This document shows positions 49,681 through 62,608 of a DNA stretch of 64,000 nt, piece after piece. Origin of the DNA: Malacoraja senta (taxonomy: Eukaryota); contig CM075990.1 of the NCBI GenBank assembly GCA_038087875.1, forward strand, positions 1,614,001 to 1,678,000, given 5' to 3'. How positions within the stretch are numbered: position 1 is the first letter of the stretch; every line of letters starts with the position of its first letter. The notes beneath the pieces are model-generated. The model was given only the letters and a program-made list of their open reading frames with translations, searched no databases and had not been told where the DNA came from. Made by a program: the position numbers and the translations under genes.

Positions 49681-50871
49681 ATGGGGGTTGCACGTAAGGT
49701 CCCCAGGTCATAGGGCTTGACGCACGGAGCCGCTCAATCCATCTGGAGGACAACGCAGCCCCTAGAGCCCTATGTTGTTAATACACAAAACACGTACTTT
49801 CCTACCTGTTAAAAAACGCCAAAATGGTGAATTGTTGTGCTGTAAAAAATTGTGGAAGTCGGGATATCCGTGAGAGACATCTATCCTACTTAAGAATTCC
49901 AAACGTGAAGCATAATGAAGGTAAAGAGAAGCGAGTGCTGAAGGGACAACAACAGCTAAAGTGCTTGGCGAACATTTCGCGTTTGCTCACTGCATTTGGT
50001 ATCTAAAAAGTTTCAGAAGTGATAAATCTGGCTGTAAAACTTAAAAATCTCCCATTGTTCTGAAGTGGGTTTTTACATGCAAAAGGAAAACACTTCTGAA
50101 TTTAAATTTATCATTAAAAAAATCTCCAGAGTTACGAGTGGTGTGCGGAAAAGTAAGTTTTCTATCATTATGCTATTGAGATGTATATTTTGACAAATAA
50201 TAAAATGTCCTGACAGCTTAAACACCCACTCCCTTTCAATAGGATATTGTCAATTTGCTGAGGTTGATTATGTCCAATAAACAGCTAACAATTATGCCAT
50301 TCCTTGGCTTGCATCTGAGTAAAATGTAATTCAAAACCCACGTATGGTTTGCGATTTTTATTAATGATAAATTTTGCTTCAGAGGCGTTTCCTTTTGGTA
50401 TGTAAAACCCATTTGAGAACCATGGGCGATTTAAAAAAATTTACAGCCAAATTTATCACTTCTGAAACTTTTTAGATACCAAAGGAATAAAAAAAAAACA
50501 CAAATAATGCCTTTGTTGATGAAATACAGTGAGCAAACGTGATAATTCCCAATATTTTCAATTAGTTATCTGCACGGCCAATATTCGCCAAGCACTTTGG
50601 CTGTTATTGTCCCTTCAACTCTTGCTTCCATCTACCATCATTTCTCCTCACTTTTGGAATTCTGAAGTAGGATAAATGTCTTTCACGCTTATCCTCATTT
50701 ACATAATTATTTACAGTGCAAAAATTGACCATTTTGGCGGGTTTTAACGGGCCCGCTACGCTGGAAACAATGGTCAGTGCTTACCTGCAGTTCATCGCGT
50801 GTACTCCAGTTGGCGTAGCTTAGCAACAGTACGGGTCATGGGTCGTGACCCGACTACCGCGCAACCTCCCT
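49681..50871. mobile_element. THAP-bearing ISL2EU-like non-autonomous element with an internal inverted THAP duplication
   Basis: AT|ATGGGGGTTGCACG ... CGCGCAACCTCCCT|AT; THAP on + (49824-50006) and on - (~50505-50735). Confidence 0.75.
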
Positions 50872-53800
50872 ATTGTCTTTTCAGGTTTATTATGCTACTG
50901 CAAGCAAGCCTTTTCTTGTGCCATTGTCGGTACATGTGACAATTAAACACTCTTGACTCTCTGGAAAAGAATGGAAGGTTACGGAACCAAACGGGTAAAT
51001 CAGATTGGCTTAGGTGGCACGACGGTCAACATGGACATGGTGGGCCATTAAGGCCAGAATCTGTGGTGAACGGTTCGATATTTTTTTAAATTTAAGGTCG
51101 GGGGCTTGTTCCGAGATCTGCAAGGAAATTATGAAGGTCCCAAAGCTTTCAAACTGGTGCTGATGGGGGAGGGAGCGATGATGTTGAGAGCCATTTATTG
51201 AAATCCGGTCCCGGGCCACAAGGGATTGAGGCAGTGAGACATGCTACCAGGGGGAGAAATCCCTTCATCGGAGACAATGTGAATCCAGGCAATGAGGTTT
51301 CGCTGCAAGTGATCTTAAGTGTCTGCATAGTGACGATTACAGCGCCATTTGCGGGTGCAGGATCAATCAAATCGATTATATCAAATGCATGCGGATCTTT
51401 ACATTGAAATTAAAAGAGATTAAAAATAGTCAAAGTTATGCAGGCACTACAGGGCAGCTGGTAAATCATACCTATGGGTGCTGGGGATAGCGCGCTGGGA
51501 AGGAATCGCCAGATGTAGAAGGGGGCCGTGGTGAACGCGACAGACAGATATTAGAAAGCCGGGGTGCTGAGAGAGATGACAGCAATTATTGTGAGTACGA
51601 TGGAACTGCAAATGTTGGATTACACTGAAGAGAGACACAAAATGCTGATGTAACTCAGCGCGCCAGACAGCATCTCTGGAGAAAAGGAATAGTCGACGTT
51701 TCAGATCGAGACCATTCTTCAGACTAAGAGTCAGGGGAGAGGATAACTAGAGGTATGAAAAGGTACGGGACAAAGCAGAGATTACTCTGATGACTAAAGA
51801 GCCCACAATGGTCCATTGTTGGCTGAGGAGGAGGTGAAAACAAAGCAGTAAGAACAGTGAAACTATCAAAACGACTGGGGTGGGCGAGGGATGGGGAGAG
51901 AGAGGGAATGCAAGGGTTACCTGAAATTGAAGACATCAATTATCATACTTGCTGTGTTCTTAGGAATTATTTTAGATTTATTTCAGATGGACCGTGCTCT
52001 CACCAGCTGTAGAGCGGTTCTGGGCTTCCATCTACAAGTCCTTGGTCAGGCCCAAATTGGGGTATTGTGGAGCCCTATGGGACCTTTCAACAACAACAAC
52101 AAGATCAACCTGGAGAAATGTACAACGCCGAGCAGCCATTTTGTATGTCATGACTACAAGCGCAAATCTTTTTTTAAAAATCTTAATTGATTTTTTTCCA
52201 AAAAACAAAAACAAAACATAAAAAACAGAGCAAAAAAAATAATGATAAACATAACAATGATATTGATACATAGGGATCAGGATTACATTAATAACAGGTA
52301 TAACCTAATATGAGACCAGTGTCAAAATACACATTGAATATAGACCTCTATGTAAATATAGTTAAATCTTTAAAAGAAAACTTATAAATGTAGTAAAAAA
52401 CACAAAAATAAAAAGACAAAAAGAAAAGGATAAAAGGAAAAAACAAAGCCCCCCTAAACTAAAGATAAAAAGAAAGGAAGAAAAAAAAAAAAAAAGAATA
52501 AAATAAAAAATAAAAACAAAGCAAAGCAAAACAGAATCTGAACTGAGAATTTCAACAATTTAAGTCTGTTTGTCGTCAAGTCCATTCCACCATATAGAGG
52601 TAAAATAATTTTTATAACGGTTAAAGAGGGAGCAATTTACGTTGTATGAAAGTGTTCAATAAATTTTCCCCAAGTCTTATCAAATTTAACCAAGGGTTCA
52701 ACAATGTCTCTCCTGATTTTTTCTAAATTTAAACATGATATCGTTTCAGAATACCACTGGAGTGTGGTCGGCGGGTTGGAGTCTTTCCAATTAAATAAAA
52801 TATATCTTCTGGCAATTAATGTGGTAAAAGCAATCAACCGATGAGCGGAGCGGGACAAATAAATGAAATCTAACATTGGTAACCCAAAAATTGCAGTGAT
52901 AGGATGAGGTTGTAAATCAATACCTAAGACTACAGAAATAGTATCAAAAATTTATTTCCAATATTTTTCAAAAAGTGGGCAGGACCAAAACATATGGGTC
53001 AGTGAGGCCTCTTCAGAGTTACATCTGTCACAGGTAGGATTTATATGACCATAAAAACGAGCCAACCTATCTTTTGACATATGAACTCTGTGAACCACCT
53101 TGAATTGTATCAGAGCGTGTCTTGCACACATTGAAGAGGTATTGACTAATTGAAGAATCCCATTTCTCTATAGATAGAGAAATTTGGAGTTCTCTTTCCC
53201 AGTCATTCCTAATTTTATCAAATATATCTATTTGTAATTTCAAAATCAATTCATAAATAGTCGTTATTAATCCTTTCTGATAAGGGTTCAAATGTAAAGT
53301 TGAAAAAGGGGTAGAGTAGCATTCAAAAAATGTCTAATTTGTAAATATTTAAAAAAGTGTGAATTAGGTAAATTATATATATTGAAGAGTTGTTCGAAAG
53401 ACACAAAACAACCCTCCAAAAACAAATCACGAAAAGCTACTAATCCCTTCCTCTTCCATAACAAAAAGTCTTGATGAGTACTAGAAGGTTGGAAGAGAAA
53501 ATTGGATCAGATAGGACTCGATAAGATAAAATCGTTTAGTGCAAAAAACACGAAATTTAAATCATATTCGGAAGGTATGTCTTATTATTGGGTTAGTCGT
53601 ATATTTATTCAATCTCGTAATTGTAAAAGGTAACGAGGCCCCTAGAATAGAAGCCAATGATAGCCCTTGTAAGGAATCACGTTCAAGGTTTATCCATCCT
53701 GGGCATTGGGTATCTTCGAAATCTTTTGTCCAAAATGTTAGATAACGAACATTGACTGCCCAATAGTAGAATCTAAGGTTCGGCAATGCCAAACCACCAT

Positions 53801-54707
53801 CTTTTTGGGATTTATGTAAGTATTTTTTACTTAGTCTGGAATTTTTATTCTGCCATATGTATGAAGAAATTTTGGAATCTATTTTTAATTTTTAATTTTT
53901 TTATTAATATTTTTATTAGAAGCAATGTACAGTAGTATAAACCGTGTATAACATAATACATTTCGTGTACAACTTCTTGTTTTAAATTTAATAAGAGAAA
54001 AGTAACAGAAGCAAGAAAAATAGGGAAAGAGAAAGTTAAGTAAAGTAGTGATATTGATAGTTCGTGAAAGAATAGAGAGAAAGAACCCGTAAAGATATAA
54101 AGAAAGAGAAGAAAAAAAAAAGGAAAAAGGGATATACCTACTTCATATCTTTCCACACCCCTCACCCAGTTCTGAAACAATTAATTTCCAGGGTTATGTT
54201 GTACCATATACTTGTAATAAGTCGATAAAAGACCAAATATTTAAGAATTGGTCCGCTTTACCTGCTAGGACGAATCACATATCTTCGAGATGTAACATTT
54301 CAGACATGCTTGAAATCCACATTTTAAGCTTTGGTGTGGGTGCATTTTTCCAGAATTTGAGTATGTTTTTTTGCCGTTATCAAGCCATAGTTTAGGAGAT
54401 AGTTTTGGAAACAAGTCAGCTCAGAGCCGGCTTCCATTGTTCCAAAAATAATAAATTCTGTGTTGGGGTCCAATTGTATTTTAAATAATTTTGTGAAGAT
54501 TTCAAAAATGTCTTTCCAAAATATGTGGAGTTTTATGCATGAGACGAAGGAGCGTGCTATAGTTGCATCTTGAGATAAGCATTTATCACAGATGGGAGAA
54601 ACATTTGGAAACATTTTATTCAGTTTAGTTTTCGAGTAATATAGTCTATGTAAAATTTTAAATTGAATTAAGGTATGTCTTACATTAATCGAACATTTGT
54701 GTAGTAT

Positions 54708-57700
54708 AATAGTAAGATTAAACGAGAACTTACCAGTTTGAAGTTTGATCTTTATTTTATGAGGAGTTACGTGGTGATTACGTGAAGAAGTCCCGCCAGT
54801 GCGCATGCGCGTCAATCTTCAAAGCAGCGGTATGAAATCACAAACAACAATTAACGAAGTAACATAGTAAAATGAGTAACTTGAGAACTACCAGCTGAAC
54901 ATATGAGAGAGGGTTGGGCGTGGAGGGCACGTAATAACCAACGTAACTCCTCATAAAATGAAGATCAAACTTCAAACTGGTAAGTTCTCATTTAATCTTA
55001 CTATTTTACTTCGGAGTCACATGAGTGATTCCGTGAAGGATTCAAAGCTTTGTGATTTCATGCCGCAGATTCAAATCCCGGCTTCTCACTGCATTGATTG
55101 ACTCGGAAAACGAGACATAATCAATAATGCATTAACAATTACATTGCATGAAAATGCAGTAACTAATTTATTTGAATAACAGAATTAACAGTATCCCCTC
55201 AACCCCAGGGGAAACTTAAACAGAACTTAATATAGTATTCTCAAACAGCCCCGTATCGGCAATTGGCCGATGGTAAAATTGTTGAAACACCAACTCATTG
55301 GCTGCGAGAATATGGTCAACGGGGATGTCCATCGCCCTGGCCGCCGCGTTGCTGCTGCCCTAGTGGAATGGGATGTAAAAACATCAGTGTTAATACCTGC
55401 AGCAATCAAGACTTGTTTTAACCATCTTGAAATCGTCTGCACTGACACTCTCTTGTGTGTTTTTTTGTGAGTGATAAACAACCCTGTTTCCATATTTCGT
55501 AAGGTCCTTGTGGCCTCAATGTATTGCAGCAAATATGTCCTAACACATAGACATGGATCTGTGGGATATGCTGAGAAAACAATCTTGAATCCTGTCACAC
55601 CAGGCCTGCTTTGTTTGAGTAGGTCATAAATATAAAACATACCATTATCTGGAGCTACTTCCATCCTGTCTATCTGTAACATTTGCAATGTTTGCACTCG
55701 CTGTGCTGATATTAGTGCCATAAGCATGACCACCTTCATGACGAGTTTGGCCAAAGTCAGAGACGTACCAGGAGTCCATTGACGAAGTAGCTTGAGAACC
55801 ACACTTACATCCCAGATTGCCATGTACCTAGGTTTAGGAGGTCTGGAATTAAAAATTCCTTTCATCAATCTGGAAACGAGAGGATGAGACCCAACAGGAT
55901 GTCTTTCTGATCACATCAATAAATACGAGGACAATGCACTTCTGGCTGAATTAATCGCACTATAACTCAACCCCTCATCGTAATAGAGTGTTGACAAAAA
56001 TTCTAGGACATGCTAGATATCTGCCGTACAATATTCAATATTCTTTTGTACACAGAAATGTTCCCATTTCTTTACATAAGAAATGTACTGCTTTTGAGTA
56101 CTCTTCCTCCAGGCTGCAGTGAGCATGTCCACAGTACGTCCAGACAGTCCTCGCCTGAGATATGGCCTTTTAAAACCTGCAAATTAACAGATCCATATGG
56201 TTATATAACGGATGTTGCTCTCCAGTTACCGGATGCACCCGTAAATCCCTTCTTTTGGGGACCTCCATCAGAGGTTGTATCATTAATTCCAATATCAAAG
56301 GAAACCATGGTTGAGTAGGCCAGTTCGGTACCACCAGCACCCCGGAGGCGGCATCCTGCTTAATTTTGAGCAGACACTGACTTACGAGACAGAATGGTGG
56401 AAACATACCACCCCAATATAGTGAGAAAGCATCAATCGATACTGCCCCAGGATCTGGTTCCCTTGACACATATCTCGGTAGCTGGTGGTTGAGTCTGCAT
56501 GCGAACAGGTCGATATCTGGCCTTCCAAATCTGACTACTATATCATTGAATACATCCCGATTCAACATCCATTCTATGTTGTCATGGAATTTTCGCGACC
56601 TGGTGTCTGCTACTATATTGAATCTACCTGGTAGATATATAGCTGAAATCCAAATATTTTTGGCAATACACCAAGTCCAGATTTGATTAGCCAATCTGTC
56701 CCAAGACACCGACTTGATTCCACCCATGTGATTAATTTATGCTACTGCTGTAGTATTGTCAATTTGAAGCTGAACATGCAGGTTAGTTGTGTTAGAACCA
56801 TAAGCTTTAAGCCCATAAAAACATCCCAACAGCTCTAAATAGTTGATTCCCCATGTCTGCAGAAACAATGCCTCTTCCATATTCCATCTGCCTCCGCAGC
56901 TGGATGTCATATCAGTGGCACCCTCCTAGTGCACTGACATCAGTCTGTAAGATCATGGAAGGCTGTTCAATCAATACTTTGCTGGAACTACTGGAGACAT
57001 GTTGAATCCACCACCAAGTCAGAAGCAGCGTTTGTTGTTAACTGTATGGGCCTATCAAAATGACCGCAATGCATCCTCAGTGCCTGTTGCTTTGGCCTTT
57101 TCTAGCTGCTGGTAGTACAATGGCCCATATTGCACTGCTGGAAAAGCTGCCACTAATTTTCCCAGCAATTTTACCTATCTAATTGAAGGTCATTGCTCAT
57201 TCAACAGGTTAATGCAACCGTCAATTAGCTCCACCCTTTTTTCCTTGGGCAAAGTTACTACCATATGAATTGAATCAATTGTGAAACCCAAATAATCAAT
57301 TGTTGTAAGTGGTGTTAATCTTGATTTCTCTGGATGAATTAAAAAACCCAAACTTTGAAAAGTGGATTTAACAACTTCCACAGATGACTCAGCTAATTCT
57401 GTTGTTCGTCCTATAATTAGGATATCATCCAGTTAGCCATCACCAGATGACCCTGGACTCTAAGTAGCCCCAGTATGGGTTTAACAATTTAGTGAATATT
57501 CTAGGACCCGAAGTTAACCCATTAGGCAGTGCTTTGAATTGCCATAACTGTTTCATCCAGGTAAATTTCAAATATTTTCTATCTTTCAAATGAACAGACA
57601 CTGAGTAATATGCATCTTTCAGATCTCTAGTTGCCATATAACATGCTCTGGAAAAAAGTTGTTTTGCAGTCACAAATGTTTCCATTTTGAAGTGTCTACA

Positions 57701-59213
57701 CTGTACAAAAGGATTAAGACTTGTCAGATCCAAAACAATTCTACATCCTCCGTCCTTTTTAAGTCGGGGAACATTTTTAGACACAAATTGGTGGGCTTGA
57801 TAAACCGACCTTTCAATTACTCCTTTATTACACAAATTGTCAAGTTCAACCTGAACCTCCATGACCTCTTTTTGTGAAAATTGGAGTGTTCTACAAGGAA
57901 CATGCTGGAGGGCAAATCATCATTTGGATCGAACTCAATTCGAAACCCTTGAATAATACTCAGAAAAATGGATCTGAAGTAATTTGTTTCCAATTCTTAT
58001 AAATAAATCTAATCTGCCCCCAACCTTTGGCTGTTTTGCCTTTAATATGTTCCCATGAGAACCAGGCCCACCTACCTCCTTGGTAACCTGAGTGACCTGT
58101 GGTCCCTGGTTCCTGGCGGGAAACCCCACGCTTGTCCGTGTTCCCGCTGCAGGGCGCCAACTGCGCACCTGTGTCGACAGCCGACTTGGTCCTGGTGTAG
58201 GCCCAGGATCTGTATGTCGTCTGTAGGGATACCTCCTCTTCACAGACTTGCCGACCATCTGTGTTTTGATCAACCCTGCCATTTTTGCCTCGTCATCCAA
58301 ATCTTTTACCCGTTTCGCGAGATCTTCTCCGAAGAGTAAGTTAGGTGGCTGCACGTTGCTGGGTTTACAGAGTGCTGCAAACTTGGGGTTGATGGTGGGC
58401 CGAATGACACCCTTCCTGAGACGATTGATCTCGAAGTGGGTGCTACATAGCAATCCCAGTGCCTCTTGATGCAACTCTGTCACCTGCCCTCCATCCATCG
58501 TTCTTGCAAACGCTGTTTTTCCTGAACCCAGCAGCTTCAAAATTCTCTGCAATTTTATTTCTTGGCCTCAAATGCCCACTCCCATCTGACCCCATATGAC
58601 CTGGTTCACTGCCGGTGCTTTTGGTAGCACACAGTTACTCGGGGTCTCGTGCTTTTTGGCAGTTTCGTCCATCCAAAGCTGCTGGAGCTGATGGGAGACC
58701 AAATAGTTGATCGTGGAGGCCAGCTCTTCTCCCAGAGGCACTCCGGACTCTGACGGGACAGCGAATCGTACTGCCAGAGGTGGAACCCGACCCAACTCCT
58801 CCTCCATGGGCCTGACAGACTTGTGCGTTGCCTTGCGCCCGACTGGCGCTGGCTCCGTTGTTTTTTAACCCAAGTCCACAGTTGCCACGCTCCCAGCTGG
58901 TGACTGTACAGGGGTATCAGGCAGCCCTTCACCTACCGCACTCCCGCGGCTGTCTACCGGTTTCGCGGCTCGCCTCTTGCCCTTGCCCATCAAATCCATG
59001 GCACCTGCGAAAATCTGTCCAACAGAGCACCACAGCAAACGGACCGGAAACTCCAACAACGTTTTTTCACTTACCTTGGAGTTGAAAAATACTTACCACT
59101 GGAGGAGCTCTGCTCCTCACAGCCTCCGTGCGCCAATGCGGCTGACGTAATGACGCGCATGCGCACTGGCGGGACTTCTTCACGGAATCACTCACGTGAC
59201 TCCGAAGTAAAAC
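54708..59213 (-). mobile_element. DIRS-2: DIRS1-group element nested in L1-B
   Basis: Same termini as DIRS-1 (AATAGTAAGATTAAACG..., ...GACTCCGAAGTAAAA); ICR 54928-55038; RT 57190-57862, MTase-like 56170-56727 (DLFAC...FPPF), YR 55227-55868 (HSTRAA). Confidence 0.93.
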
Positions 59214-61687
59214 AAATATTTATCCCACCTGTCTTTCGAAATTTTTATAGATAGTTCTTGTTTTCACTCTCTTCTAGTTGCATCTGCCGATGGTATTTCT
59301 ATATTTAGAATGATATTATACTAGTATGATATTAAATTATTTAATTCCGCCTTTCTATTCATGCCTTCATCTAATAGATCTGAAGTCAGAGTTTGATATT
59401 CTTGTGTATGTTTTTTCAAGTAATCTCGAATTTGAAGGTATTTAAAATACTGATTAATTTTCAGGTTGTATTTAAGTTGCAATAATTGGAATGATAAGAG
59501 ATATCCCATTTCATACATGTCTCCGAACGTTTTAATTCCTATTCTTTCCCAATGAGTAAATGTTTTATCAATAATAGATGGTTTAAACGACGGATTATTA
59601 ACTATAGGAGAGAGAAGTGATAGATTTCTTAATTTGAGAGTTAGTTTTATTTGTTTCCAAATTTGTATTGTGCTATGAATAATTGGATTCTTCTTGTATA
59701 TTGTATTATTCAGTTTTATCGGATAGAGAAGGATCGCTCCTATGTTAAAAGAAGAACAATCCTCTCTCTCCAGTCTACCTGTTGGGCAGAATTGTCCAAC
59801 CAGTAAATTATATTTTTGATATTCACTGCCCAGTAATAGTACAAAAAATTGGGCAGTGTCAATCCACCGAATTCTTTGGGTTTACACAAGTGTATTCTTT
59901 GGATTCTATGGGATTTATAATCCCAAATAAAATTTGTGATGTAAGAATCGAGCTTTTAAAAAAAAAATTTAGGTAGGTATATTGGTATTGATTGAAATAA
60001 ATACAACATTTGTGGGAGAAAAATCATTTTTATGGCGTTTATTCTGCCTATTAAAGACATCGGAAGTGTTTTCCAAAATTTAATCAAAGTGTTTAATTTG
60101 GTAAGTAAGGGCATATAGTTTGCATTAAATAAAGACTTATATTTTCTGGTAATTTGGATACCCAGATATTTAAATTTTTCTGTAGCAATTCTGAAGGGAA
60201 ATTTTAAAAGGTATGTCGGCTCTTGAGGTTTTATCGTCATAATTTCGCTTTTGTTCCAATTTATTCTATATCCTGAGAAGGAACTGGCTTCCTCTATTAA
60301 ATTTAATATATTTGGTATGCTAATTTGCGATTTTGTAATGTATAATAGTACGTCCTCTGCATATAGTGATATTTTATTATTCGAGTGTTTAGTATTTTAA
60401 CCATGGATATTCGGATGCGTTCTTATACTTTCTGCTAGTGGCTCTATCACAAGAGCAAATAGCAGGGGTGATAATGCACATCCCTTTCTATTACCCCGGG
60501 ATAGTTGATATTTCGGAGACAGTATGTTATTAGTCAATATTCTAGCAGTGGGCTTGTCATATAATAATTTTACCCATGAGATGAAATTCTCTCCCATTTG
60601 AAATGTTTGCAATACTTTGAAGAGGTATTCCCATTATACTTGGTCGAATGCTTTTTCTGCATCCAGTGAAATAATTGATAAATCTTCCTCTTCAATTTTA
60701 TGTGAATGCATTATATTAAAAAGACGTCTCAAATTATTGAATGAGTGTCTCTTGGGTATTAACCCCATTTGTTCCGCATTTATTAATTTACTAACATATT
60801 TGCTTAATCTTCTTGCTAGAATTTTCGCTAGTATTTTCTGATCTGTATTTAACAGTGCGATAGCTCTGTGTGAACCAGGGTCTTCTAGATCTTTACCTTT
60901 TTTAGGTATAAGTGTAATGGTTGATTCTGCTAATCTTTCTGGTAATGTCTGTTCTTTAAAAGCGTATGTGTACAGTTTTTGTAAGCGTGGTGAAATTATC
61001 TCGTAAAATCGTTTATAAAATTCATTACTGAAACCATCAGGTCCTGGCGTTTTACCATTCTTCAGTGAATTTATTGACTCTTCTATTTCTTTAATTGAGA
61101 CCTGAGCTCCTAATTCCTCTTGTTCCAACAGATTGAGTTTTGGGAGGTTGCAGTTATCCAAAAAAAATTATGACTTTAGTGCTATCTGTTGTTGTTTTGG
61201 ATGTATATAAATTTTGATAAAATTGAGCAAATCTTTTATTAATATCTTTAGGTAACGTTAACAATTCACCTTTATCTGATTTAATTTTTGGAATCATATG
61301 ATCCTTTTCCCGCTTTTTCAGTTGACGTGCCAAAGGTTTATGTAGTTTATCACCGAATTCAAAGTTTTCCTGTTTTGTGATTTGAAATAGTCTTATAACT
61401 CTTGCAGATAAGATTCTGTTTAGTTTAAATTTCAGTATCAACGGAAGCTTTCAAATGCGTATCTACCACCAATAGGTGGTTATCTTTTTGCAGCATCTCT
61501 ATTTTTAGATACTGTAATATCACTATTTTTATTTTTATGTCACTTTACACTTTTCTGGGTTTTTATTTGGTTAATTCTAAAAGGGATATACCAACAGAAT
61601 CTAGTAGACGCGAGTACCCACCCAGCACCTAGAAGCCTGAGGTATTGTGTTGCACCATATGACTTAAAGGTACCAAAGTAATTCATA

Positions 61688-62608
61688 ATGCAAGACGACA
61701 TGCAAAATAAAATTGGAGGAATCACGTTTTGTAGCTTGAATATAAGGGGTGCTAATGAGGCAATCAAAAGGGGCAAGATTTTCGCCCAATTAAAATCACT
61801 TAATGCCGATATAATCTTCCTACAAGAAACACATTTGAAACCCCAAGCTCAGACCAGACTTAAGGCAAATTGGATTGGCCAAACATATCACTCTTCATAT
61901 ATCTCTAAATCTAGAGGCACGGCAATTATAATTCGCAAAGGTATACCATGTAAATCAAAGAATATCATAGTAGACAAAGAGGGGATGTATGTCATAGTTA
62001 CGGTAGAGATACACTCCACCCCACTTACTATGGTAAATATTTATGCGCCTAATTTTGATAATCCTCAATTTTTAAATAAAATTATGAATATAATCTCGGA
62101 GTCTAATAATCAAAATGTGATAATTGGGGGAGACTTCAATTGCGTCCTGGATCAACACCTGGATAAATCTGCACAACAAAAGAGGACTAATATAAAATCA
62201 AAAGCCAGCGAACTCCTAAATCCATACATAAAACACACAAACATAACAGACGTATGGAGGATTGCTAACCCAGCTGGAAGGGAATATTCCTTTTACTCAA
62301 TGGTACATAAAACCTACTCACGTATTGATTATTTTCTAGTGGACACAAAATTAATTCCCTACACAATTAATCCTAAATATCACAATAGTATTATCACTGA
62401 TCACTCCCCGTTAACTTTTTTCCTAAAACTAGAAGGAATGCCCAATAAAAAATCGTTTTGGAGGTTCAATCCCCAAATTTTAAACAACACACAGGGCTAT
62501 ACATATCTAAAACAACAGATGGAATTTTTTTTGAGACTAATGACACCCCAGGCATTTCACCCTCTTTATTATGGAAATCTTTTAAGGCATTTATCAGAGG
62601 ATCTATAA
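61688..62608 (+). CDS. L1 ORF2 apurinic-like endonuclease domain in the inverted segment of L1-B (non-functional fragment)
   Basis: SLNIRG, FLQETH, NIYAPN, GGDFN, SRIDY, TDHSP motifs. Confidence 0.85.
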   Translation: MQDDMQNKIGGITFCSLNIRGANEAIKRGKIFAQLKSLNADIIFLQETHLKPQAQTRLKANWIGQTYHSSYISKSRGTAIIIRKGIPCKSKNIIVDKEGMYVIVTVEIHSTPLTMVNIYAPNFDNPQFLNKIMNIISESNNQNVIIGGDFNCVLDQHLDKSAQQKRTNIKSKASELLNPYIKHTNITDVWRIANPAGREYSFYSMVHKTYSRIDYFLVDTKLIPYTINPKYHNSIITDHSPLTFFLKLEGMPNKKSFWRFNPQILNNTQGYTYLKQQMEFFLRLMTPQAFHPLYYGNLLRHLSEDL

